Shown here piece after piece: positions 11,282 to 24,400 of a stretch of DNA of 38,363 bases (positions are counted from its first letter, which is position 1; each line of letters begins with the position of its first letter). The notes under the pieces were generated by a model. It did no database searches. It was not told where the DNA came from and saw only the letters and a list, made by a program, of their open reading frames with translations. The stretch comes from Vermamoeba vermiformis (taxonomy: Eukaryota), in assembly GCA_045837725.1 (NCBI GenBank), contig JBEWZL010000166.1:372001-410363 (forward strand), in the 5' to 3' direction. A program made the translations under genes and the position numbers.

Positions 11282-13377
11282 TCACAACTTTCTTATGGTA
11301 TTATCTATAAATAAATTATCTAACGAGAGCATTTGGTTATTTATTTTATCGGAACGCTTAATGAAATTAAAGTCTTTCCGCAGCTTGAAGTTCGCAACCA
11401 AAAATTTGTTCTCGACAGAATTCTTCTTGAGCCCGCCACAGTAATAAAATAGCAGCTCTTTAGGGTAGCCCATATCAATAAGCACTTTATCGGCCCAATC
11501 ATCTTCATGTAGATCCAGCGTCAACTCCAATAACTTGCGCAAGACTTGAGTTCGCGCCAGTGGCCCTGTTGCGTTGGGAAAATATTGTTCCGCATAATCT
11601 CGCAAATTTCCGCATTCTTCGATCAAATTCTTCTGCTTATCGTACTATCAAAAATAAGGTAACCAAAAATAACACCAATTAGTACATCCGTTAAACTGAT
11701 TCAATTTCGAGAGCTGACACAATTGGGTATTAATGAGGCACGTAAGTCATAGTTAAGCATCAATTCCAAATGTCACTCTTTGACACGTGTCCAAGTGTCA
11801 AAGTGCCAAAGTGTGACACGTGTCATAAATTTTCACCAGCAGATCCGCCACAGGGCTAAGACGTTGTAATTATATACTGTACCTTGATAAACAATATGGA
11901 GTGTCTCGTATTATTGACTTGTTGAAAGGCACTCAACACCAGAACGACGGATCGTTCTTGGTCTAAAAACTTCTTCCACACTTGGCAGAACTTCCGTTGT
12001 CCTACGTGCTTACCGAACATAACTTGATATAGACCATGTTGCCTAATTAATTAAACTGTTAAAAATCATTATTCTTAAAGCCGAAAAAATACTAACAGAA
12101 AATGCTACAAAAAAAACATTCAAATTTTTGACCAAATTAAATGCAAGCGTAATAAATAAGTTTTCGAATAAAATTATAATTAATTAAAAAATCGTACTGG
12201 TGGTTCCCAAAATAATGTGCAAGCATGAATGGTTTTCCGTTGTTTGAGTTCAATTTCCGGACTTCTCTTGCCCTTGCTTCAAGTACGAAAAATGTTAGTA
12301 ATTCTATAAGACCAATATCATACTTAATTGGGGCTATAATATAATTGAAATTGATGTTAATTGGTGCGAGTCAAATTTTTTGTGCGGATCTCTAACTTTG
12401 GACCGTTGCTGCTCAGCGTCATTACAACGAACGGGCTTTAAATTATAATTATCGATATATCCCCTCGCCTATAATATAATTTCGTGGAATCGATATTTTT
12501 TTCATGCTAAGATAGAACAGCAGATTGGGCTAGATCCGTTCTCTCGCACAAAATATTTTTCATAACATGATGTCAAATATGCAATATAAAATCAATATAA
12601 GTACTGCCACTTACATCTATTCTTCAATTCCTCCTTAGAAACGTCCAAAAACCCCAGCAGATCCGATAATATAAAATAATTGGTGGCGACGCTAAGTTTT
12701 AAGCGAAAGAGGTGTTTCATCGCATCTTCTGTTAGTCCTACTGTTATAATTGCGCCTAATAGAGTCTCTTGCGAGCATCGTCTGGGTAATCCTTCAATTC
12801 TAGGAAAATAATTGGTTGGATCGGGTTTGAAATCAAAACAAGGTTCAACTTACGAAAAAGCTGAATCCGATAATTTGGTGCTTGTAATTGTGTTGAGTTG
12901 TGCTTGTAATTTTTGGATTTGACGCTCTATATTATTTCTGTGTAGATTTGCTAAAACGGCGCGAAGGTTTTGCTGCTCAATAAGCCCATTGATTGATGGC
13001 ATTAATGTAAAACCCATTGTATGCCATATATCTACTGAGTGCACGAGCTTCATGTACCTTATAATGAGATGATTAAAAGAAAATACGCCGGACGAATTGA
13101 AAAATTCAAAATAAAATTTGCTAGGCCATTAATAATTATATTAAATATACCTCCTCGATATAATGGCTAATTTGATTATTGCTGGCGGGAAATCAAGCAT
13201 AAAAGAGAAGATCCGAGCTGTAAGTTCCGGGATGTCAAACGGATGTACCCTTACTGCTTTGCTTTCAACCTCTAGCTGCGTAATTATTTCATCTTCATCT
13301 AATTTAACTCGTTTTTGTGCAGGTTCATCGTCATCTGTATCATCGATAACGTTTCTCTTTCGCTTCTGGTGTTCCAT
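11282..13377 (-). CDS. F-box-like protein with an N-terminal NLS-like basic/acidic segment
   Basis: MEHQKRKR...AQKRVK...PFDIPELTARIFSFM...IIKLAIISR|YMKLVHSVDIW is F-box-like. About 6 GT-AG-bounded exons end in ORF 11282-11626; internal boundaries are approximate. Confidence 0.6.
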
Positions 13378-13460
13378 CTGGCCAAATAAATAAAACAAAC
13401 GAATCTTTTTCGCGATTGACTTAAAATCTGCTTTATTTATTCAACGGTACCATTCATATA

Positions 13461-14415
13461 TTAGAGTTGAAGGCATTGGAAGGTCTGGTCGAAAAAAATT
13501 TTAAGTCAGATCCAAACGAGAATAAATTCGCAGATTAGGCAAGAGGTAATATCTAATACGCACCTTTGAATCTTTGCAGACACCAATGTCCTTAGAAGGA
13601 CCTCGTTCAATAATGAAGTGGCAAAAAGACTTGCCGCAATCTGGCTTGTCGCATCCACCGTAAGAAATCTCGGTACTCGTAGTGCTATGCAGTACGTCGT
13701 TAATAAAATAGTTAAGTATATATATCACTTACTCAGTGCATTCAATGGTTTGGCCGTAATCAAGACCTCTAATGATGCAAGATCCATCGGCAATTCTGCC
13801 TTCGAGCAAAATAGATCCGCTGCAGTTGAAAACGTCCGATTTGTAGTTAAGAAACCACTTATGGCCCGTTAAAGATGCAGGAGCAGGTCCACAAGTCCGT
13901 TCAATCGAAAAACCTTCGTCCATCTGGATACATCCGATCTGACCGCTCGAGGACACTGTGGCGCAATATTCGCTCTTGCAGCTTTTAACGCACTTAGAAC
14001 GTGTCTCGTAGCCTTTAGCATCGCATAGAGTCAGAGTACGGAGCTCAGGATCAACGAGGTCAACCGCGCACACATCCAGCTGTTTGTAAGTAAATCTGGA
14101 CGGAGTTGACTTGCAATTGCCATCGCCGTAGTGCTCTACTTCGTAGAAACCATCAGGAAGTCCACCTAAAATAACGATTGATTAGTGCTGTGGCAGATGT
14201 CGATTAATGTAATTTAAAAATCTAAATCTGGAACGTTGGACTCTTTTAAGGCGAAATCAGAACTATAAATGATTGCCTATACAATTATGCGTATTTTTAA
14301 TTGTGTTATTTTCGTATGTTTATCGCGTTATTTTACCTCGCTGACCCGGCTTTACAGCGCTGCTCAAAGAAAATAGAGCGACGATAACAAAGAATACTAT
14401 AAATACGTGGTTCAT
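13461..14415 (-). CDS. Small secreted cysteine-rich protein, copy 2 (paralog of 10087-11042)
   Basis: Same 4-exon structure. MNHVFIVFFVIVALFSLSSAVK..|GGLPDGFYEVEHYGDGNC...ERTCGPAPASLTGHKW...TFQCLQL*. Confidence 0.87.
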
Positions 14416-15109
14416 AGTTCTAGATAATAAGACAAAATAGATAAAGGACTAGAAGCGCACACAATCTCTATTTATGCCACAACTGGCCTCATGACCAGTC
14501 TCATCTCCGGTCAACTTTTTTGTTTTCGTCACCTTTCAGCCAATCAATTGACAAATCAATTAATAGTGGGGCATTTTTGTCTTTCAAAAACTTATTTAGA
14601 CCACAACGAAACCAGAATCCAGATCGTATCATGCAGAAAAATTGAAGCACTATGGCCTTCATAAATTCAACTAAAAATTTTTTAAATACCTTTATTTATT
14701 TTTTTCGGTTCTAAAAATTTTTTTTTTCGGTCCGTGGAAATTTTTTTTTGGCGCCCAAAATCAATAATACGGCGATCTCTCGTACCGAATCATTTTAATT
14801 TGCATATTTACCATTTTTTGTAAGAATCTATCGGTTGTTAAGTATTTCTGGCGAGCCGCGATCGCATCTGCCGAAAAATGCGACTAAACGCTCAAATATA
14901 TTCCATCTTCCTATAAGTATGTCTCGGTATGTCGATTGATCGGTTGAATGGATTGGGACCGTTAATTTAGGCCATGCCCATGTGCTCACTAGCGGAATTT
15001 CTGCGGTTGACACTTTCATTTGACATGTCGTCGCAATTATCGCTCCCAAATCATTTCACAAGCTCTCATACCGCGCACAAACACAGTTTCGCATTGAATA
15101 GAGACAGGA

Positions 15110-17634
15110 ATGCGTTTTAATAACATAATTTATGGTCTTATTGGCCTCATCTGTTTCAGTACGATCATCAAAACGAATCTACTCGAATTCGCAAATGAAA
15201 TTAACCGTCGTTATTATTACTATAGGTCTATTCTACGAAACGAATGCTCGGCTAACAGTATCATTGCCTAATAACGAAACAAAAATCTATCGAACCGCGC
15301 AGATCTACTTCCAAGGTAATTTACCGTTTTTTTAACTCACATATCAACTGTTTATAAATTTAAAAATGATTAATACTACGTACCTTAACAATATGGTCCA
15401 TTGAAATACGTTATACAATTCTCTTAATGCCAATGCAACGATAGAAAATAATAAGATCTTCGGCAGACTTGCTTCTGCGCTAATTTAAAGTGTTAATATA
15501 ATATTACGATGGTATATTAATATTATAGTATGAATAATACGAATAGAAACAAATCACTTGCAAAAAAAATCTCGTGCAGTGGATGCGATAAATAGAACTC
15601 GAAACTAATCATCGTGCAAATTGATTCAGGTTTCGATAATCCATTCGACCCCGTTGAGGCACCACTAGTACTGCCTAATGGCACGCTCCCAGGCTCAATT
15701 GTTTTGATTCCCATTGGATCGCCTCCCGAGATCGTTACACGCCAGTACCAAGCCAAGGGTGTCGTTGGCTTAGTGATGTTTTCAACCTCTGAAGGTAGAG
15801 TACTCGTATTACATAGGCGCGTATTTATTACGCTGTCGCACACGAGTCACATTTTTCAGCTCGTTTCGGATTTAAATCCTTAATGTAAATTTACGAGTGA
15901 TTTATCTGCATATCTACTATTCAATTATAATATATAATCCATGTAGATATTGGTTCAGTGAATAAGTACTGTCATAAGTCCATTCAATCTTTTTTTTTTT
16001 TGCTTAGCAATTGCGGATTTGATTCAAGACTAATATTTTGTATCAATTTAGTGCCTGGCTTCTTAGCATTTAATCAGGATAACCAAGATACGAGCGATAT
16101 TACGATTCCTGCAGCTGATATGGCGCCATCCAGCTACCGCGAACTCGTTGGAATCTTGTCTCCCTTAGGAGTAGCTGGAATTCAAGTTACTGCCGTACTA
16201 GACTCAGAAGGTAATAGTTTCTACATTGCTCCATTAATTTTATCAATAATTAATCGATAACGATCAAATTATTTCCTTTTATGGCAAAATTGAAAGATCC
16301 AGGTATCAAACTCCGCACAAGACCATAAAATCATCGTTAAATACTTTGATATAACATATATTATTATCCTACAGCTTATCATATTTAAATTAATAATTTC
16401 TAATCGAGTTTGAATTATTTCGCGCAGATGGAAACGCATGGAAAGACGTTTTTAGCAATCCAGGCACTTATGTGGCGCAGATTCTTATAGGAATATTATG
16501 CATTGCTAATGTCGTGCTCGCTTGCATCAATTTACGCAACGTTATTCGATACAGAGACAGACGCGCTAAATTTTCAGTGCCGCAGATCATTCTCGGTGTT
16601 CAGATCATCGCTAATGCTGGTAAATATTGCAATATATTGATGTATTATAATATGGGTATCAATATATTAACGAATTTATGCAGTTCGAGTTGCGCAAATT
16701 GTAGATCCTAACGGGATGCGTGCACTTTACCCGTAAGTTTTAAAATGCATAAAAATGTGCTACTAACGCTTATTATATGTAGATATGCAGCTAATAGAGT
16801 CTTAGCGACATCTACTTATCCAATGATCTTATCTTCAGCGCTTTTAATTACTTTATTCTGGTACGTAGCAGATGCACCTCTAAAAAAATCTGAAATTTGG
16901 AGATTAACTGATTTATAGGCATGAATGCTTAGTGAAGGTCTCGATAGACATCAATCCTTTCCTATCAAAGATGAAGATCCCGTTTTTTGTTATCAGCGCC
17001 GTAATGTGCATCTTCGAGTTCCTCAATTCTGCGCTTAGATCAAAAAATATCGCTAGAAATGAGCTATTATTAGCCTTGCAAATATTCTACGCAATTATTG
17101 CAGGCTTAATTCTCATTTTCTACATCGTGACCTCGATCCGAATTATTTTGCGATTGAAATCTCGAAAGAGTTTGGGAGTTAAGGCCCGTTCTGTATCAAA
17201 GAGGGTACGTATATATATCTTATTTATATTTATGTATTAAGTAACTCATTTCTATTGCAGACGGCAGGAATTTTTATTTTCATGGGAGTTTGTCTCGCCA
17301 TCTGGGTCTCGCAAATGTCCGCTGCGAGTGTTTTGGTGCAGACCGCTGCTGGTTACGCTGCAAATATTCTAGTTTTGCATACGACCATGCATTTAGTCTC
17401 ACTGGCGCTTATTTTCATCTTCTCTGTTAACTCAGGTACGAATCTCGTTCAAAAACAAATTTAAATCGATTCAAAATTCATTTATATGATATATAATAAC
17501 GCTATTTTACTATTTTAGCTGAAAAAGAAGCTTCGCGCAGCAAGGCTAGCGGAAGTAGCATGAACAAAACGGGATCTCGTGGAGACACTAGCATGAACAG
17601 CAAAGATACCGCTGAATTATCTCCTCGCGTGTAA
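15110..17634 (+). CDS. Signal peptide + PA-like ectodomain + 7TM (THH1/TOM1/GPR137-like) receptor, copy 2 (intact)
   Basis: 10 exons. MRFNNIIYGLIGLICFSLFYETNARLTV...; PA-like QAKGVVGLVMF and DITIPAADM..YRELV; seven hydrophobic segments including IVDPNG and LLITLFWHE; Ser-rich tail. Confidence 0.85.
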
Positions 17635-18044
17635 ATTAACTACAAAATATTATATTTATGTAAAATAAGTATTTTTCTCTGCATAGTTGTAATAATAAAA
17701 ATTCTAAATCCAGCTTACCTACTCGAATTTTGATCCAATTCTACTTGATTATTTCATCCACTATTTTGTCAAGAATATTCTGCTTGCTACTACTCAAATC
17801 GTTCGTCGTGCAACTTCGGATTGGATGTGACTTTTTGTCCCAAACACACCCTGGCATTAGCTTCTAAATATAGTTGTGGTAAAAAATATGTAGCATTGTT
17901 CTTATCAATATACTAATACGGGACAAGATTATTTCTTCAACGGACATGTGTTCTTGCCTCCATAAGAAAGCGGGAGGAAATTTGATTACATAAAGACACC
18001 TGACCTTTTTATTTGACAGTTATATTTAGAATCGATATTAAACC

Positions 18045-18609
18045 ATGCGTGGTGTATTAATTTTAGCGATATTAATTGCCGTTAGTGCGGCGCAAAATCA
18101 GATCATTGCCAACGTTCATGATCTGCGGTAGTCCAGGCAACACGAACATCGTTACGAATTGTAAATTATGGAATGCAAATAATGGAAGCAATGATATAGC
18201 TTTGCCATTTCGTCCGGTCCCAAGCGCCCCGTATTGCAACGAAATTAATTTTGAAAGTTGGATCGTCGTAAATGGATCAGCTACCGTCAGTTGTTCAATC
18301 GCAACTCAAAAGAGTCCGTATCAGTATGCCGTTTCTATGTACGATCCAACATTTTCTGGCCAATTTACGTCGAATGTTGGATTCCCGTTTTTAGTGAATC
18401 CAGGAAAGACTTGGACCGTCAATTTTAGCTCATATCAAGAGTGGATTAACAACAATAAGAATCAAGTACTTACCGGATATCAGTATATCTCGAGCTCCAA
18501 CACGTGGAACAACTTTCAAGTCACCGGAACCATCTGGATGAACTTCGGTCAAAGTGCCGTTCAAGCAGATCCTAGATTAATTAAGAACTTGGATAAGTAC
18601 TTTATGTAG
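18045..18609 (+). CDS. Small secreted beta-rich protein (weak ML/MD-2-like resemblance) with a +1 frameshift at ~18106
   Basis: Signal peptide MRGVLILAILIAVSAAQNQI from ATG 18045 lies one frame off the long ORF (PTFMICGSPGN...). Confidence 0.6.
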
Positions 18610-19010
18610 TAATAAATAAACATACATCATGGTCCATTCCTGTTCAAGAACCGGATCTGCTATTTAACAAAATCAGTTCGTCGGACCCATTAATGCCCTC
18701 TAGAGGCTTAATAAATAGAATATGATAATTTCCAAGAAATGATTAAACTATTTATTAAAGAGTATCAAAAGAAGTTCTTACTTACTCAGTAACTGTAGAG
18801 CCTTAGTTGGAACTTACTTTGTAAGGGATCTTGCACCAGCTCGATCGTTGAAGCCTGTTCATCATATTAGCGTTGTTGTACGACTTAATCATCATGTGGG
18901 TGAGTAACAGATTCTGTTTTCTTATTTAGGCAATTTAAAATTATCATAAAATAACGGTTTGGCCGAAAATAATTTTCATTCTTTACGCGTGTAGTAGAGC
19001 AACCACAGAT

Positions 19011-21274
19011 ATGGGTCTCTACAATAGATATATTATAGTATTGATAGCGTTATGCTTAGTAGACGTTGTCTCATCAAGTCGCTACGCCTTGGACCCCAGG
19101 AAATCTGCTAGTTGCGCGTATTGGCGAAAGTAGGTGCAAAATTATTTTTAAACAATGAAATAGTTAATTAATTTATTGGAAAGGCGGTCTATCAGGAACA
19201 AATCTCGTCTATGTCGACGAGATCACGATGGATGGAACCATGGTCCAGAGCTTTTCGGTGGTGTAAGTACAATTATATAGTAAAGTCATAATTAGAATTA
19301 CAATTGACCAAAGAATACAAATATTTGTTTTGAAATAACAAAAATACCCTTTCTTTAAAAAACGCAAAATTTGGTCGTTTGCTTCGAATTAATTACCAAA
19401 AATAACCGTTGCTGTAATCGTATAGACGATCGCGGTACCTCTTGTTATTTAACTTTTTCCTAACGCGTTGAAAATTTCTAAAAATAGCACCGATCTGGTA
19501 CTAAAATTTAACTTTCTTAGCGACTGTTCTATGGATAATAATCCTTATCGCCATGGTATTAACTTACTCGCCCGATAAATTATCCATTGCAATTGCCTGT
19601 TACGTGGCTGCTGCTCCTGTCGCTACTGGGCCGTCAACCACTGCCAAAAAGCAGATCTATCAAATCACGCACGATGGTCGCATGTTCCTCTTTGCCACGG
19701 TATCGGGCATGGACAATCTTGCACCAACAGCTGCATTCGTCAACGGCATTGACAGCGATGACGGGTGGATCGGTGGATCCGACAGTTACTACGCTGCGTA
19801 TGTCCAGAGAGGTACTACCGGACCTGCTACTTCAACAACTATATTTTCTGGCAACGCGCATGCTACCATGGGCTTCCAAGTGCTGAATGACACCTTCTAC
19901 ACGATGTACTTTGACACTTCCCCGTACACCGTGGCAGTAGTTACAGGCGGTACTGCAGCTGCCAAATCAAGCACAGCAACGCCCGTAACAGCGCTATTTG
20001 ACGGCAAGACCGGTGTGACGCCCAGTCTGCAACCAGCTACCCCCAACAGATCGTTCGTGTTCTCGCCCACGGAAATTTACGGCGTCGCTGACAACACCCA
20101 GTACACTGTTTGGAAGGTCTATAAGGACGTTGATAACACGTGGAAGATGTATTACAAGAGCATTGATACTTTAACTGGCTACGGCATTCACGCAGTAGAC
20201 GTCGACGGCGTGAGAATGGTGTACCTTACCACTGCCAACTCTGTTTACTCCGTTGTTGACAATGGCACGCAATTCACTGACGTCACGAAGATTTTCACGC
20301 TTACCGACTGCTATCTGACCGACGTCAAGTACATCTATCCCACCTGCTTTGATTCGGTTAAAAACCAGGACGAATCTGACGTGGACTGTGGTGGCACGTC
20401 TTGCAGCAAATGTGTTGACAGCAATACGTGCCTGGTCAATTCAGATTGCACGAGCGATTACTGCAATCCTGACGGCAAATGCTGTAAGTAGCATTATTAT
20501 ATAGCGTTGTCATGACTAACGATTTTTTAGCCGTACCGAGCTGTGTCGATACGTTCAAAAACCAAGACGAGACCGACGTTGATTGCGGTGGCGGCACTTG
20601 TCCAGATAGATGCCCAGATCAGAAAGCTTGCAACAAATTTACTGATTGCTCTAGCAACTATTGCTACGAGAGTACTTGCAGTACGTTATTATAATTAATA
20701 ATAAGGTTGTATATTGTTCGAACTTACATCGCTGTAGGAACACCAACTTGCAACGACGGAATTCAGAATCAAGGAGAAAGCGACGTAGACTGTGGTGGTC
20801 CTTGCCCTACTAAATGTGAGCTGCAGAAGGGCTGCACGAACAGCACTGAGTGCTTTTCTGGTAATTGCAACGAAAACAACGTGTGCGGTAAGTATTTTCC
20901 GAGGACATACTTTTCAAAGCCTATAATTATAACAAGATTAATATAATACGATATCCATATAATATAGTATATAGTACTCGTCGGGCACTATTATATTAGC
21001 TAATTATTTTTTGCTGACGATAGATGCTACGTGCACAGACGGTGTTCAAAACCAAGATGAAACAGGGATCGATTGTGGCGGTCAAACGTGTCCTGCGTGC
21101 GCTCAGGGCCCGAGTACATCGACCTCTCCTGATGGCTCTTCGAACAGCCCTGACTCATCCTCTAATTCCCCGAACTCGCCCAAGACTCCTGGTGGAAAAG
21201 TTAGTGTTGCAACGAAACAGAATGTACTCGTTGGATTGGCTATGTTAATTGCATTTTTTGCGTGCATTGTATAA
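19011..21274 (+). CDS. GPI-type surface protein: beta-rich domain, 4 Cys-rich C.D...NQ.E...DCGG repeats, Ser/Pro stalk; two apparent +1 frameshifts
   Basis: Signal peptide; TPWTPGNLLVARIGE, VYVDEITMDGTMVQSF, LTYSPD; repeats such as CFDSVKNQDESDVDCGG and CNDGIQNQGESDVDCGG; hydrophobic C-terminus; 6 exons. Confidence 0.8.
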
Positions 21275-21424
21275 GGATCATTAAAAATTCGGTTATAATC
21301 GTAAAATTAGAACTGAAGATCTCCAGCAGATCAATTTTTTTTTGCTCGATCAAACAAAGGCGAAATTTTGGAGGCTTATTTTTTTAATAATTTTTGTAAA
21401 TAGTAACGCATCATCGGTGTAAAT

Positions 21425-24400
21425 ATGTTAGCTAAAGATTTCAGAGCAAGACAGGTTCACTTGGACTTCCATACAAGCGAAGCAATACCTGGATTAGGTT
21501 CCAAGTTTGACGGAGACGCTTTTGCAAAGAGTCTGGTGAATGCAAGAGTTAATTCTATTACTTGTTTTGCTAGGTGTCATCATGGGTACGTTAAAGATTG
21601 CGTTAGGTCATTAAATAAATTTCAAAAATAATTTCCAATTTTACAATCAAATCAAAATCTTGATTGTAGGCCTTTAAAAATAATTTACTATAGCATTATA
21701 ATTAATCATTGATAAAGGTGGATTTACTACGATACCAAAAAGCACGCGTCTCGCAAACATCCAACAATGAAGACAGATCTGTTACGAGGACAAATTGACG
21801 CCTGTCGTAAACATAATATAAAGGTGCCAATCTACGTCACCGTGCAATGGGATCATTATACGGCTAATGAGGTATGTTAAACTTGCTTCAAAACAAAAAT
21901 TCTGACGTAAACAAAAGCGCGCGATCTTGTGCTCGAGATCTGACCCGCAACTTATAGTACCATTTCGATGTAATATTGATGACTTTATTGTTATTATAGC
22001 ATCCAGAGTGGCTTTGTACAAAGCCAGAAGGAGGATGGTACGGCACTCCTTTGTACCGAGCTGGATTCTACAGGTAACGCGACTTCAAACGTCTGATTTC
22101 GTAAAATTCCTCTTCAGTTCTGTAATGGTATTATATTTAATATGAATACCGGTTATTAAGACATCCTAATGCTATTTTTGAGTCGGGCATGTTGGATCCG
22201 GTTATTCCACGAGGATTTCAAGCGTTCAAATGCCTATTCTGCGAGCCTAAATATTAATATTATACTTTACTAGGCCTCTTTGCGTAAATTCGCCCTATAA
22301 AGCGTTTCTGAAAGAGCATGTAGAAGAGATCATGGATCAGTTTCCAGATCTCGATGGCCTGTTCTTCGATGGTTTGAATATTTACGATTGTAACTGCAAG
22401 TACTGCAGAGAATCAATGCTCGCTAAAAATATTAACGTAAGTACCCAGATCTCACACGAGCTAATTTTAAAAAACTCCAAAAAAGGAAAAAATACTCCAA
22501 TGAATTACTTAACGCAAATCGTTCGTTAAAGAACTACTTTATTAGTAAATATTTCATTATAACGATAATATTAATAGCTACATTTTTAGATCACGGATCC
22601 AACCGAAAGATGGAAGTTCTACAAGCAAGTCATTCACGATTTCAAGACCGAAATGACCGCGTTGATTCGAGCTAAAAATAGGTACGATTTTGTTAACAAG
22701 CGTGTTATAATCTCATTATACACGTGTGTCGTATTAATTCAAGGCCTGAAGCTAATTCTTTTTTCAGCTCCTGTTCGCTGTTTTACAATCACGGTCACGT
22801 GGGCCCGCAATTGCGACAAGTCGATCAAAGAAGGAGTCTTTACGCATCTCGAATTGGAGTCGCTGCCATCGGGAGATTACGGCTACTATCATTTTTTGAT
22901 TGTCGCGAGGTAAGTTGTTTTCGGATCAGATCCGTTCTCTAAATATCTTGCCCTCCGATACTAAGGGACAAAAAAGACTAGCGGAGATACATGCCGCGGT
23001 AATCCAAAAATAATATTTCCTTATTTGGGAAAAACCGTTGTGCCATGGAGAAACTTTTGTTAACTTCCCACGATTGTTTTTGATAGGTACGCGAGGACTT
23101 TAGGCGTTAAAAACATTATTGGTCAAACAGGAAGGTTTCATACTTATTGGGGTGACTTCCACTCGTACAAAACAAAGTAAGTCAACAACGGATCCAGATC
23201 AGGCCAAGGTATTCGCAACACCTTCTAATCATCTACTATAGGCCAGCGTTAGAGTATGAATGTTTCAGAAGCTTGGCGTTAAATGCGGGGTGCGCCGTTG
23301 GAGATCAGCTGCATCCTCATGGTCAGCTGGATAAGGCTACTTACGACTTGATTGGATCTGTATACAAATCAGGTAATAATATGAATGTAACCTTATATAG
23401 TACAACGTTATTGAGCATTATAATCCATGCCTATCTTGGCTAAAAATTGACACGTGCCCGAATCCGCAACATTTTCTTTACTGTCCTACAAATCTATATG
23501 ATTGTAGTTTAGTATTTTTAGTACCGAATAATATGACCATTTTGGCCTTATTGATGTCGTTCTAACGATATTTTTTGTTTGACAGTCGAAGAAAAAGAGC
23601 CGTGGTGCATCGAAACAGTGCCCGCTCGTAGACATTGCGCTTTTCAATGTCGAAGAAGTGCAGCACCGCAAGAAACAATCCGATGACGCGCCGTTAGTCC
23701 CGCCAAGTCTTATTGGCGCTGCGCGTGTGTTCCAAGAACTGCAGTACCAATTCGACGTTATTGACAGCACGGCTGATTTCAACAAGTACAAGCTGATCGT
23801 GCTGCCGGACCGTTTGACATTTGACAATGACACGCAGTCACTTGCCACGGAAATTCACGAAAAACTGCGAAACTTTGTCGAGCAAGGCGGCTCTATTATT
23901 GCTAGTTACAAGTCTGGCGTGGTTATCGGCGCTAATAATAGCAACAGCGATAATAAGGAACGCTTCTTATGGGAAGATATTTACGGCGTAAAAGTGGATT
24001 CGAGCCTCGAAGTCTATTCGCCCGATTACATCATCGGGGAAGGAGAAAATTTTCCTGCAGTAGAGCATGGTAAGTGTCATAATACTAGAATTTCTTATTT
24101 TCCGTTGGATCCAGTTAATTTCGGGGGAGGTGAACTAAAATTAGTGCCACTAAATTTTTTGCGCAAACTCCGGTTTTCGGAGTTGAATTCGCGTGATTAA
24201 TATAAATTTACTAAAATACTCATAAAATTTATGTAGTAATGTATACTGGTGCCGTGCCTATTACACGAACGTCAGATCAGATCGAGGTTATCGCGTCGAC
24301 CGTCAAACCATTCTTCAATCGCACTTGGGACCATTTCTGCGGTCATCAACATGCACCCACTAGCGGCGTTAAAGGTAAGCACACATTAATTTACCGGTGA

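Noticed and set aside
15132-15335. ORF-track start (or ATG 15195) for receptor copy 2
   Set aside because: Comparison with copy 1 supports exon 1 at 15110-15157 and an intron ending at 15226.
18045-19130. Micro-introns as the explanation for the frameshifts after the signal peptides
   Set aside because: The GT-AG intervals of suitable phase are at most ~25 nt and would delete the hydrophobic core. Other introns in this window are ~45 nt or longer.
20340-21100. Regularly spaced DNA repeats as a possible CRISPR-like array
   Set aside because: They are degenerate protein-coding DCGG repeats separated by introns.
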